This document shows, piece after piece, positions 1 to 12,329 of a stretch of DNA of 64,000 nucleotides; within the stretch, counting starts at the first letter, position 1, and every line of letters begins with the position of its first letter. This stretch comes from Aplysia californica (lineage: Eukaryota): the NCBI RefSeq assembly GCF_000002075.1, contig NW_004797431.1, positions 378,810 to 442,809 on the forward strand, in the 5' to 3' direction. Made by a program: the position numbers and the translations under genes. The notes beneath the pieces are model-generated. The model was given only the letters and a program-made list of their open reading frames with translations, was not told the DNA's origin and ran no database searches.

Positions 1-112
1 AACCCAGAGGAGGGGGTGGGGCGCAGAAAGTGGAAATGAAAGCAGACAACAGAACATTGCTAGAGAGCAGGAAAGGAGGTGAAAGGACACAATTTTAGAG
101 AAGACAATTTTT

Positions 113-188
113 TGGTCGCTACCCGGATTCGAACCCGGGACCTTCTGAATGAGAGGCCAACACCTTAACACCTAGGCCACGAGAGCCC
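113..188 (-). pseudogene. tRNA-like sequence (CTC/Glu-like anticodon); tRNA pseudogene or tRNA-derived SINE head
   Basis: Minus strand GGGCTCTCGTGGCCTAGGTGTTAAGG...CTCTCAT...CCCGGGTTCGAATCCGGG; A/B boxes and T-arm intact, acceptor and anticodon stems pair poorly. Confidence 0.6.
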
Positions 189-426
189 CCTGATTCAGTT
201 TAATGTAATGAAACTTAAATCATGTTTCAACAATATAATAAAATTTATAAAATTATAAAGAAAATTAGTTGTTACAAGTACTCTAATTTTGATAGTTTCT
301 TTTTATATGTGTACAGCGTAGTGAGCTAAGAGCTAGAAAAACAACATCTACATCAAACGCATAGTTTTATTTATTTATTTCATTGCATCCTTTTCCTTTG
401 GTATATGCACAGCAAAACAAATGTTA

Positions 427-576
<150 letters not shown>

Positions 577-802
577 TTAGACACACACAAAAAAAGAAAA
601 TTGTTAATTAATCAAGAGAATAAACCACTTCCTACTCCTGACCTCGCTCACTGCCGAGCACTTTATGGCTCAGCGTCCACAGAATGCCAGGCATTTTGGC
701 ACCTACTTCAAATGCTCATTGTGACCTTATTATTCACCATCCAACAATGAAACTTAGTGTGTGAAAAGGCCATAACATAAATAACGCAATGCTAAATTAA
801 TA

Positions 803-1690
803 TTTAACCCTCGTCCTGCGGGAGCCGGGTTTATATGTCGCCCGATAAGCCTATTTCGGCACCTCGCCTGCAGCCCCTGGCTCAGCGCATGCACACCGCG
901 CATCACCTTACGTGAAATTCGGGTCCCAAGTCGGATCCCCATTCATGCAGGTCAAGTGTGTGTGCGTCAATCTGCTTCAGTTTGTGTGAATTGTGGCCTT
1001 CTTCTAGAACCGAATTCGTTGGTTCATAATCGAGGCATACGTCTCGTTAAAAAAACACAAAGTTGGTAGCTCTAGATGCTCGTCCAATGAAATTATAGAA
1101 AAAATTGGTCCACTTAGACATGAGGAGCTCGAAAGGATAGTCAGGAAACAAGACTTCCATTTTTCTATACAAAATCTTTCAAATGAGCTTGATCTTGTAT
1201 GAAATGATACTACCTGATACAAAATAAGCTTGTTTAATAGTTTTGAATACCATTGTGCAGGTACAAAGAACAATTTGAGTGCAAAACTTTAGGAAATTGA
1301 CCTCAGGTCATTCATAACAACAAGAGCATCCATAAAGGTTATTCGAATGGGCGTAACTACTCGTAATGTCTTATCAGCTTGTGAGAGGGGGTTATTCATG
1401 TGTTTGTAACACTATATAAATAGAGAGTTATGAAAGATAGAACATTATTTTCATCATCGATTTACACATTCCCCCAGTATTCATGGTGAAAAGACATGTT
1501 TCCCGGCGCGCGCGCTGTACACCAACAGTACACACTGAGTGACCCCGGCGGCCTGCCCGGCACGTCCGACGTAATCGGTTGCTGATAAGATTCGCATCTC
1601 GGCACAGACGCAGGACAAGAGTTAAGATCCGGAATGCTCATCTTTTATGATCGTTTTGCAAATGTGTAAAAATTTTGACCAGAGTTCCTA
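803..1690. mobile_element. Probable non-autonomous piggyBac-like DNA transposon fragment
   Basis: Begins TTAA|CCCTCGTCCTGC; GC-rich subterminal region; second end not identified; right boundary approximate. Confidence 0.35.
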
Positions 1691-1776
1691 TTGGTCCAAA
1701 AATTGCTTTCAAGCTACAAAACTTAAAGGAACATGATGACCCTGTGATGAAAGAAAAAGGCCTCATTTATGTAATT

Positions 1777-2739
1777 CAGTGCTTCCACCAGCTGAAAAGT
1801 AAAGAAAATTCTGCCACCAGCAGGGTCCAGGGACAGCGTCCCGGTGGGGGTTCAGGGTGCGAAACCCCCGAAGAAATTGAAATTTAGTGCTTTTAGAGGA
1901 TTGAACATGGCATTAGGGAGACTGTTCTAAGCGATTGCCTACAACCCATAACATTTATTTGAAACCAACATTTTGTCTTGTTTCATTTCTACACCTACAT
2001 ATCTTTCCATTACTGGCAATGTTTAAAGCAGGTTCCCCTTCCATTTCCATTACTATTATAATTCAATTAATCTGTCATCGCACCATTGATAGAAGGCAAA
2101 CCAGGGAATAATGAATAGATATGTACCTTCACAATATAGTTACCCAACGTATACCCTTATTTTCCTCAATTTTCACGTCTGAATGTCGCATGTCACAACC
2201 TCGGAACACCACTTCGAATTTTTCTTGACTTTAGTAGTTTAAGCATAAATTTCTTTCATCGTGGCCCTTGTCGCGTTCCTGTGCCGTAGAATCTTCGCAT
2301 TGATCATTTCTCTAGATTTAGACAAATTTGCAAAAAAAGAGTTTTTTTCTGACAGTAATTTTCTATCTAAGATCACAAATCAATTTACTTGATCAACGCA
2401 CAGATTTTCCAGCCCAAAGATAGACTGAAGGAATGAGTGAATGATAGAAAGGAGGAAATTGGCACAAAAAGTTTACCAGATTTTGATCAATTTGCAGGTA
2501 AAAATGTACTGCCGACCAACCCACAATGAATACACGTGGCATAGCAGAATAATGGCCGGTTACACAAAATGCACAATCTGGCCGATACCAAGGCAAGTAC
2601 AGATCTTTTGCAACGGAATTTCGGTAGTCCTACGCTGTCGCAGTTTTTTTACAGAGGGAGTTGATAATGATGGAGGAACAAGTACGGAACTGGCAAAAAG
2701 TACGGATTTCCGCAAAAGTACGGAAGAGTGGAAGCACTG
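1777..2739. mobile_element. Non-autonomous hAT-like element with 6-bp TSD
   Basis: Perfect 12-bp TIR CAGTGCTTCCAC...GTGGAAGCACTG; GTAATT directly on both sides. Confidence 0.8.
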
Positions 2740-2835
2740 GTAATTGTTTCCTTTGGTTCCTTGTCAAATATTGACATTATTTAATAACAAAGTTCACACA
2801 AGAGTGTCTAGCATTCTGTCGCTCTTCACACTTAC

Positions 2836-2967
2836 TGAGTAGTGGCAGTGTTCATTGATGGTGATGCGGGAGGAGAAACTCTCATTGTGAGCAAAGATAT
2901 CTAAGGTCCTCTTGCGACGATTGAGATGATTCTTTTGAATGAAGATTACATACTCAACACCAGCCAG
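2836..2967 (-). CDS. SEC14L1: SEC14-like protein 1, coding exon 3
   Basis: LAGVEYVIFIQKNHLNRRKRTLDIFAHNESFSSRITINEHCHYS, 132 bp, TTTCAG acceptor, GTAAGT donor. Confidence 0.95.
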
Positions 2968-3669
2968 CTGAAATACAAGGAAACAGAAAATCGTAAATTC
3001 ATGTGCAGTTCAAGTAAGGGTCCAAATATTGTGAAACCAGTCAAATAGAATATTTTCAATGGGTGAAAGTGTAAAGTGGAGGAAAAAGTCAAAGCAAATC
3101 ATAATTTGTGCTCATAAAAATTAAAACCATCATTGGCTTCAACATCAAGCAGCTAAAAAAGATTCCAGTAAACAAAACTTGAGGTCGTGTTAATTTGATC
3201 TGCCCCCTCTAAAACCAATATCTTTTTCTTTTTACTATGTTATACTTGTGCATGTTTTGGATTCAAAGAAAGAAGAATAAAATTTGGGACTTGAAAATCT
3301 GTTCGCTCGCTATGTGCGCGCTAGTTAGTGTACAACTTTTGATGCCCACAGATTTGCCACCTATTCTATGATACAAAATAGGAGTTTCTTTAGAATGCTC
3401 CCTAAAATTCCAAGTTACGGTTTATGGGGGGCGGGGGGGCTATCGGAGTCTCTAGAACGCCAGTAGATTCAGATTGAGTTACAAATCGAAAGTAGCAAAC
3501 AAACATGAATATACGAAACTGAATTCAAACACACAAACCCCCCATCCCATGACAAAAAAAAAAGATTTTCTGCAAATCTTATTCAAGTTCTTCAACAGGG
3601 GGAAAAAAAAACACACTGTGAATGAGAACTTGCTTTTTTTTATTTCTTTTTTATTTATTATTATTATTA

Positions 3670-3890
3670 TAGTAGAGAGTTGTACAGCGATCGCAACTGC
3701 ATAAAAGGTCATATATGAGCGCCAAGGGGTGGGTGTCAACAGAGAAGTCTTCACAGGGAATCAGACTTAGACTGCTCACCTCTCTAGCTTCAACAGCACA
3801 AGGTCTGCTTCGACTATCAAGGCACCCCAAAATAGCCGGTCACAAAAGAGTGACAAACATACAAAAGAAGTAGAGGAAAATGACAATAGT
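3670..3890 (-). mobile_element. 3' end of dispersed retroposon family (I/Nimb-like LINE tail or derived SINE)
   Basis: Shares GCAACTGCATA..GGTCATATGAGCGCCAA motif with copies near 4090, 7556, 12250, 29980, 47330 and 63500. Confidence 0.6.
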
Positions 3891-4089
3891 AAGGATCAGG
3901 AAAGAAAAAGCAGCAGTTCCCCGTTGTAGATCAGGCACAGTTATGAGCGTGACATGAGTCAGCCCATTTACAATTCTACTATGCTTGAACGAGAAATGTC
4001 CCCCCTTTGGAAATGGCCTAAAGACGCTACAGTCCGTGGCACTGCCCCGGGGGGTGAAACTTGCTTTTTAACACAAATATTCCCAGTTA

Positions 4090-4265
4090 GTTTTAGTAGA
4101 GGTTTTACGGCGCTTGCAACTGCATAAGGTCATATGAGCGCCAAAAGATTAGAGGTGTTAACAAGAGAGTAACAAACATAAAAAAGAAGGAGAGATTTTA
4201 AGGACAATAAATGTTTCATAGGAAAGAAGCAGCAAACCACATAAGAGCACCCGCCAACCACCCTC
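4090..4265 (-). mobile_element. 3' end of same retroposon family
   Basis: AGTAGAGGTTTTACGGCGCTTGCAACTGCATAAGGTCATATGAGCGCC; near-identical to 7556-7745. Confidence 0.65.
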
Positions 4266-4281
4266 AAATATTCCAAATTCA

Positions 4282-4575
<294 letters not shown>

Positions 4576-4792
4576 TCAGGTGTACTTAAGTAATGTAAGT
4601 TATATCATTTCTGTGATATAAAAAACTGCTCCTAATATCTAGATAGCTCTCTTCATGTACCAAAGACAACCTTTTGCAACATTCAACTTAATGCAGCATT
4701 GAGCATTGTGAGTAAAGGCAGAATATTATGAAGCTATCATTTCGAGGTTGAGAGTTTCAGAAATAAAATCATGAAGAAAATAACTTCTCATC

Positions 4793-5262
4793 ATAATAAT
4801 AATAAATGACATTTATATAGCGCTCAAGCCCGATTAAAGTACACAGGCTCTGATCGCTTAACAATACAGTAAAACGTACAACAGACAACATTAACATAAA
4901 ACGTGTTCTGACTAAAGAAAATTCCAAATATCCATCTTATTAATTAAATTTTAAAACAGAAACGACTTCAGCGGACATTTGAATGAACCAAAAGATTTGA
5001 TCTCTCTTAAAGTACTTGGTAAAGCATTCCAGAACTTGGGGCCTCGGTATTCAAATGCCCTTTCACCCATTGTTTTAAGTTTCATAGATGGTAAAATACA
5101 TTTCTATTTGTCAGCTGATGACCTTAAACTGTGAGTTGGAATGTACAGTTTTAACAGATTTTATAAATATGATGGTGCATTAGCATTCAAACATTTGTGA
5201 CATAGGGTGGCCAACCTGTACACAATCCTTTTCTCAACAGGAAGCCAATGCAAAGTTATAAA
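4793..5262 (-). mobile_element. L2/CR1-group LINE 3' end
   Basis: Decayed translation LHWLPVEKRIVYRLATLCHKCLN..APSYL..GERAFEYRGPKFWNALP..LKSFLF followed by (TTA)n tail. Confidence 0.8.
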
Positions 5263-5474
5263 AGACTAGTAGATCAATATTAAAGGTTGAAGAGCACTGG
5301 CACTACAAAAAAGTCAAAGTTGAAGTACATTTACCAGATCTATGTGGGGAGGACTTCCGTAAGGTGCGACCACTACAAGACAGAGTAGAGTAGAATAGAG
5401 GGCTAGGGGTAGGGGTAGGTTTATTTTTTAAATTTATATTGTGTTTGTTGGGGTGGTCGTTCATTACGGAAGTA

Positions 5475-5522
5475 TGTGTATGTGCGTGTGCGTGTGTGTG
5501 CGTGTGTGCGTGTGTGTGTGTG

Positions 5523-5556
<34 letters not shown>
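5475..5556. repeat. (GT)n/(GCGT) microsatellite
   Basis: Direct reading. Confidence 0.95.
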
Positions 5557-5557
<1 letters not shown>

Positions 5558-5851
5558 TGTTATTACAAGTTTTGCCGTCTCATGTACATGTTTTCACCTG
5601 TTTTTCTAACAGTATTTTGCATGTTGAACATGAATATATGGCCTTCATTTTTTACGAAAATCAATAGTTGAGTTATTGATGTTTGAAAACAGAACTAGAT
5701 CTATATTACAGTAGGACCAGAGGCGTAGTAATATTTGACTTGTTTTATCCTTGTGTAGGTGCATAAAAGTAAAAATTTACCTAAGTTTTTGTTTTGTTTT
5801 TGTTTTCGAGGCCTTTTTAGTTCGTTTTTTTGTCTATTTTTTTTAAGGAAG

Positions 5852-6176
5852 TGTATACATACCCGGTAACCGAGAACAAAGTCACGAAGTATACAGACCC
5901 GGCAGGGGAAATCTTTTATGATTTCAGAAAGTTTCGGCGCCCTCTTGGCTCAGGGTAGACCTCTAGGTTCTTCTAGACCTATGGCCTAGGTCTAGTCTAA
6001 ACAGACAGACAAAAATCATAGAGGTCTAGTTTTGAGGCATAGAATCTAGATCTAGATCTAAATGAAGATTGCAGATATGTCTTTTCGATCAACGATTGTT
6101 TTTCCTCTGTTGTGGAGTTGGAGGAATCAAGACAATTTGAAGAAAGAACAATGTCATGATTTCAAACGAGCAGTCA

Positions 6177-6229
<53 letters not shown>

Positions 6230-6384
6230 CTGTATCTCTCGCCTTCTCTTGCTCTTTGTTTGTCCCGAAATCACAAAAGAATTCTTCTACCCGGTGTGGG
6301 GGCTGAAACTTTCCGAAATCACAAAAGGTTTCCGCTACCGGGTCTGTATACTTCGTGACTTTGTTCCCGGTTACCATGTCTACA
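5852..6384. mobile_element. MITE with ~85-bp terminal inverted repeats and internal (CT)n
   Basis: GGTAACCGAGAACAAAGTCACGAAGTATACAGACCCGG (~5865) is the reverse complement of CCGGGTCTGTATACTTCGTGACTTTGTTCCCGGTTACC (~6340-6376). Confidence 0.75.
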
Positions 6385-6839
6385 TTTCGGGTTTTTTTAT
6401 TTAAGCTTGTTTTGTTTCCATTTCCACAATAGGTTCAGCATCACGATTGCAGTTTACAGTCTAGATTCTAGATCTAGGGTATTTTTATAGAAGTACTCCC
6501 GTTTCGCATCACATCCACTACCGGAAGTCAGCTCCTTCACCACATTAGTGCCATCGGATATACGAATAAGATTAGTTTTTTTAAAGAAGGCTTTAAGTTT
6601 TATGATTTTTTAAAATAATGCATGCTTTTGTAGTCGTTAGAGGGGTTTCAGGGGGTCTCCCCCTAATATGCAAGTACGTAATAGCTGTGTAGTAGGGCGC
6701 ATAGGGGGGTCCTCCCCCCCTGAAATATTGCACTGTAACATCTAAACTAACCATTTGCGACGTTTTTCAATGCCAAAATCGTGTTCAGGGCCTTAAAAAA
6801 AACATAAAAAGCTACAAAATAATACCCTTTATGAGACGG

Positions 6840-7500
6840 GAGTGTTTATATATAAAGGCCAGGTCTATTTCTCTGAACGTTCGGGAGAATATAAACTTGA
6901 ACTCCATTTCTACGAACGGTTTCCGTCTTCGAGATCTGTTGATAATAAGCGAATGGAGTGGCCCGTGTGTGTGTGTGTGAGTGTGCCGTGCGTGTGTATG
7001 CATGTGTCGGTGTGTGTGTAAGGTCTGAACGGGGGGGGTGGAGAGAATTTTTTTTTTTTACATGAAAGATTTTAGTTTTTGCTGGGTGACTAAATACAAA
7101 ATAGGTTACTGCCATTACTGCCAAGGTCAAGCAGTCTTGTTTTCTCGCAGTACCTTTTACTTTTTAAGGTATTTTCAAATGAAGTATAGTCCGGGAATGT
7201 TGACCCAACCACAACTGAAGTATCTGAATATTCAGACATTTAAAAATCTCTAGATCAAGATCTAGAAATCTAGCTCTAGAAATTGAATTCGATGCAAAAA
7301 ATGCAGCTCCCAGGCCCACGTCCCAGTCCTCGCAGAATGGAAGAATGAAATCATTGAAATCAGAAATGATGATGCCTAAATCTCGCAAATGACCAAAAAA
7401 TCTCGAGATCGGAAACCGTTTGGAGAAATAAAGTTCAACTTTATTACTTTATTTTCCCGAACCCGAATGTTCAAAGAAACAGTCACTTCGTTCTATAAAT
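6840..7500. mobile_element. Degenerate MITE with ~100-bp inverted arms
   Basis: 6840-6938 and 7400-7500 are diverged reverse complements (GGAAACCGTT..GAAAT..AGTTCAA core). Confidence 0.5.
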
Positions 7501-7555
7501 TTACCTTTGGCTTTAGACTTTAGAAATAATAGATCTAGATCTAGATCTAGAATCT

Positions 7556-7745
7556 AGTTTAGTTTAGTTTTAGTAGAGGTTTTACGGCGCTCGCAACTGC
7601 ATATAAGGTCATATGAGCGCCAGAAGATTAGAGGTGTTACAAGAGAGTAACAAACATAAAAAAGAAGAAGGGGAGATAATAATAATAGATGTTTGATAGG
7701 AAGCAAGAAGCAAACCACACCAGAGCACCCGCCAACCGCCCACTT
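7556..7745 (-). mobile_element. 3' end of I/Nimb-like retroposon family with (CTAAA)n tail
   Basis: Near-identical to 4090-4265. Confidence 0.65.
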
Positions 7746-8033
7746 TAGTTTAGAAGTAATAACAGGTCCATCAACTTGAAGTCAACATACACTCTGTACT
7801 TACACACAACGACACAGAACATGACAATGATACAGTACAGCCAAAGGCCACATTTTACAGTAAAATAGAGTCTAATAATAACATTTGTTTTTTTTTTACA
7901 TTAGCTCTAGATCTAGATGTCTAGATTATCTAGAATCTTGATCTAGATTCTAGATCTACTCTACGTAGATCTAGATCTAGATCTAGAAATCTACGGTACA
8001 ACTCAGGCCTAGGCCCCAGTCAGAAATACTCAC

Positions 8034-8096
8034 TGCCATCACCAGCTCAAAAGGGTACTTATACACCCTTACGGGTGACTGATACGTCTGTACCAT
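8034..8096 (-). CDS. SEC14L1: SEC14-like protein 1, first coding exon
   Basis: ATG at 8096; MVQTYQSPVRVYKYPFELVMA then GTGAGT donor; matches known SEC14L1 N-terminus. Confidence 0.95.
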
Positions 8097-8750
8097 TTTA
8101 ACTGTTTAACTGATTCTCTTTCTGCTAGGAATACGGTATGGAAAACATGATCGGACGATGTGATACGTTATGATTCACAAGCCGTCAAAGCATCTTCATT
8201 TGTCAACAATGCACTGTTCTACGACAGCAGGCCAGCCATTGATAACAGATAGACCCGTTAACACCTTATGAGGAAGTGCATCCCCTGCTCAATATAGGCC
8301 CAGTATCTACACTGCGGAGTGTTACCAGAGAGGGTTTACTGTAAACTCTCTGGTGTTACTGCTACCTTCGTTTAGGCCTAATTTACCAAAACAAGTTCTA
8401 AGAAAGGAATCCAAACCTTTCGATTAAAATGGAGGTATAAATCGTTCCAAAACTGAGCGTCTTATTTACTTTATTTTTATTCTTTTCCCGAAGCCTGAAT
8501 CATTCATCGCAAAGTCCTAGACAAACTAAATCTAATCTAGAATCTAGGCCTGCAAAATAATATTAGCCTTGGCTCTAGGCTTCTTCGGTATCTTCTTCAA
8601 AACACCCGAAAGCATGTCTGTGTGATAACTTGTCCTCCACGTAAAAAAAAAAATCAATAAATTAAATTTTCTGAGTTTTATTGTTGGTTTATTCTTATGA
8701 GGATTTATAAAAAAAACTATAGGCCGACGCCATAGAGTCATAGAGGTTAT

Positions 8751-10672
8751 AGGGGGTGCCCACATACGCGATCGGGTCGGATCGGGCCGATCGGGTCGGG
8801 TTGCTTTCTTGTGGCTTCAGTACACACTACAGCCCCGTCGCGATTGTACCCGACGACCTGGAAGTTATACGGGGTGCCATCTACGGACGGGATCGGCCGA
8901 TCTTCCAACACGATCGCCTAAAAAAACAAACGTGTTTGTTTTCAGTTTCAGGCGATCGAGTCGGGTGATCGGCCCGATCCAGCCGTAGTGGGCACCCCGT
9001 ATGAGGCCTGTGAAGTGAGCGAGTAGTCGGAGTAGACGATCGCTCGGCTCGATCCCTTTCTAGACCATCGCTCCGATCTTGATCATGATCGCTCACTCTA
9101 TTGCTCCCTAAACCGCTCATTCACTCATTGCTCATTTGATTGTCCTTTTTGTAGAAAAAGACACCGACCGTCTCCAAACGTAGCGTGATAACGCGTCCAC
9201 AAAATTAAAGATGCATATATCCGTAAAATAGAATATTATTTTCAAACGCAAGCGTGGAAAAACAAACAAAAACAAGAAAGACGAAGAGCTGGGAGGATTC
9301 GACTCACAGATCGTGATCAAGCCGAGCCGAGCCGAGCCGGTGGTTTTACTCCTTTAAAAAATATGCACAAGCAGTGTAATATAACTCACTGTGCCGTGCA
9401 ATCTTCCTTGTTTGGTTCATGTCTTTAAGTGTCCAAACCTTTGAATTGATTTACCAATATATATATAAGCTTGGTGATGCTTGTTATAGTCGAAAACACT
9501 CACAAAAGCAGTTTATTCATGGGGGTTTTATACCGTATTTATCGACACCGGAAGGAAAGACTGCAACAGCCCCACACCACCGCTTTGTCACCGCTGCCTC
9601 TCTCCGCCCGCACAATCACTAGGTTAGGGGTCTAGGGGTTGGGGTCTTTGACCTTAGAAGAACAATGCTTATGCAAGTTTGTGTTGTCTCTCCTTGTGGA
9701 AGAGATCGGAGTAGAGAGCGATAAGTGCTCGGTGATCCACTAGAGATCGAGATCGGCTCGATCGGATCGATCAATTCGATCCCAATCATGATCGGCTCGC
9801 CGATCTCCGATCCTTGTGGATCGGGATCGCACACAACCCTACTGGAAGTTAAAGTAGAGAAACCTTTAACCTACATAGAGGGCGTAAACTGGGCTACGAT
9901 TGGCTGAACCTTTGACCCATGAATACATAAGTAGATCNNNNNNNNNNNNNNNNNNNNNNNNNNNNNNNNNNNNNNNNNNNNNNNNNNNNNNNNNNNNNNN
10001 NNNNNNNNNNNNNNNNNNNNNNNNNNNNNNNNNNNNNNNNNNNNNNNNNNNNNNNNNNNNNNNNNNNNNNNNNNNNNNNNNNNNNNNNNNNNNNNNNNNN
10101 NNNNNNNNNNNNNNNNNNNNNNCTTGCTTGCTTGCTTTAGTGTCTCTCGCCTTTCTTGTTTATTTCTCACTTCCCATAATATATCAGAGACCTAGATCTA
10201 GCAATGCTGTAAACATTGCTAGGTCTCTGCATACATCGCTCAACTCATCTCTCTCACTCCCTGTCACTCTCACCACCCTCCCTCTGCAATGCTCCTCCTT
10301 ATTATTATTATTATTATTCGTCTTCTTCTTCCTCTAGACCTATGAGCGCTCCAAACCCGCTGTGAGAAGAGAGAAGACGGTCAAAGGCGTGAGACGTGAG
10401 ACCGAAACCGCGAATTCCCAGCCTACTGAACGTATTCGGGTCAATATGGACAAGTGACTCAGCCTTGTTGTGATTGGCTGCAAACCACTCGATCGCGCGA
10501 TTCGCAGGTCTGAAAACAAACGCGTTTGTCTTTGTAGGTCACCGAAAGAGTCGATCGGTTTGTGCCTCGATGGCCGCTTTGCACCCTCAATTTGGCTAGC
10601 CCCGACTACCCGATAGGCCCGACCCGACCCGACCCGACCCGACCCGACCCGATCGCATATGTGGGCACCCCC
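8751..10672. mobile_element. TIR-bounded element with nested insertions
   Basis: GGGGGTGCCCACATACGCGATCGGGTCGG ... CCGACCCGATCGCATATGTGGGCACCCCC, TA on both flanks; spans an N gap. Confidence 0.6.
8867..9002. mobile_element. Small MITE of a related family nested in the 8751-10672 element
   Basis: TIR ATACGGGGTGCCA.CTACGG / CCGTAGTGGGCACCCCGTAT. Confidence 0.6.
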
Positions 10673-11515
10673 TATTTATGGATAGTGCCAGTGCCAATGC
10701 GAGCAGCTTTTTTCCCTCAGATTACTACGCGCTTTCATTTACCCCCTGACCTTTCCTTCTTTGACCTTTATATCACAGCTGCCAGCTGCTCATAGCCTGA
10801 GCTGAAACTACTAGATCTATAGTGCTGTAAAAAAAAATCATGGCTCTACTTAGAATTTATAGATCTAGAATCTAAATCTAGATCTAGATCTAGTCAAATA
10901 TCTCCTCAACTATCGAACATAGGTTCTCCATTTTTTGCACAATAATTTGTATCAATTTGTCATAACAGATCGACATTTTTGTAAACTCCTGCAAGGTGTA
11001 GTCTTTAAATAAATACTAGATCTAGATCTAGATCTAGACTAGATCTAATAAAAAATCTAAGCGGGTCTACAGAATAATATGTTTACAGCTGGTGCTTTTA
11101 GATCTAATAGCAAGTCCGTCATGTTTTTCTAATCGGGACATTAGATCTAGATCTATGCTTATTGAACGCATGTTTTGAGAGTCATTAGTGCAAAAAATAT
11201 GTTATTCACTATAAAAATAATGTACATGACGTATTGTAACAAGTTTTGCAAGTAAAAATTGTCATTGATAAGCTGTATGTGACGTAGGCCATATGCGTAG
11301 ATCTAATAAAAAAAATAATGTGTGTGAGATGCCTAGATCTAGATTCTATATAATATTATCCAATTTTTTATATAAAAAGGGCACACTTTCCATAATAATG
11401 GTCCGATTTTCAAAAGAAAAACATCTCTCATTTTGTTTTAAAGAGTTCTTTAACTTGATATTGGCGGAAAATTGAAGGCAGTTTCAATCTTACATGCATA
11501 ACTCAAGCAGGAGGT

Positions 11516-12125
11516 CGGTGGGCGGCTCGTTCGTCTAAAAAGTGGGCGTGCACAATTAAGTTATCGCAGGCTGAAGATTGTCGAGGGCATAGTAAATGAG
11601 ATGGTGTATAATTTTAGGATCTTTGGGTTGGTGAGGGGGAACCTCGAGCTTTTATTTTCATTCTTTTTCCCTGTCGCTTTGATTTCTAGAACTAAAAATC
11701 AGTTTGTTAGCGAAACATCAAATTCCTGCTGCCTACTGAGGGCTATGTATCGGCACTATTCGACAGGCGGAGCACATTTGAGATGTGCCGGCTTATTAAT
11801 ATTAACGTACCGCCAAACTCGTTACGAGTGTCGTCATCGCTTGGGTTATCCCAAAGAGCGATTTATAGGTCAGGTTACCACTGTTGAATATCCTATTGCG
11901 TTTAGTGAAACCGTGTGGACTTTGGCATGGCATAGTAGATGTTTTTCGGCGCTATAGACACAGAAATGACAGCTACGGCGCCAGCGAGGACCTTGTTTTG
12001 ATTATATTTGGCTAGTGCTTATTTCTTGCTTTTTTATTGTATGTTTGTGAGTGCTTTACGTAATAGAATATTAAAAAATGTTGGGCGGTACTGCATGACC
12101 GTGCTATGTGGACGAACCGCGCCTG
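11516..12125 (+). mobile_element. Non-autonomous hAT-like element (same family as 40640-41499)
   Basis: Aligns in inverted orientation with 40640-41499; ends ACGAACCGCGCCTG. Confidence 0.75.
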
Positions 12126-12194
12126 ATTGGTGGGTAATTTAGGGTGTGGTTTGTTCCTTTATTATATTTTAAATTAACAATCAACCGTCCTTAT

Positions 12195-12310
12195 CTGTCC
12201 TCGTTCGTTTCTGTGTATGTTACTCTCTTGTAACACCTCTAATTTTCGGCGCTTACATGGCCTATTTGTGTTGCAAGTACCGTAAAACCCATGCTAAAAC
12301 TAAACTAAAA
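12195..12310 (+). mobile_element. 3' end of I/Nimb-like retroposon family
   Basis: GGCGCTTACATGGCC..GTTGCAAGTACCGTAAAACCC..CTAAAACTAAACTAAA. Confidence 0.55.
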
Positions 12311-12329
12311 AAGCATAACACAGACTTGA

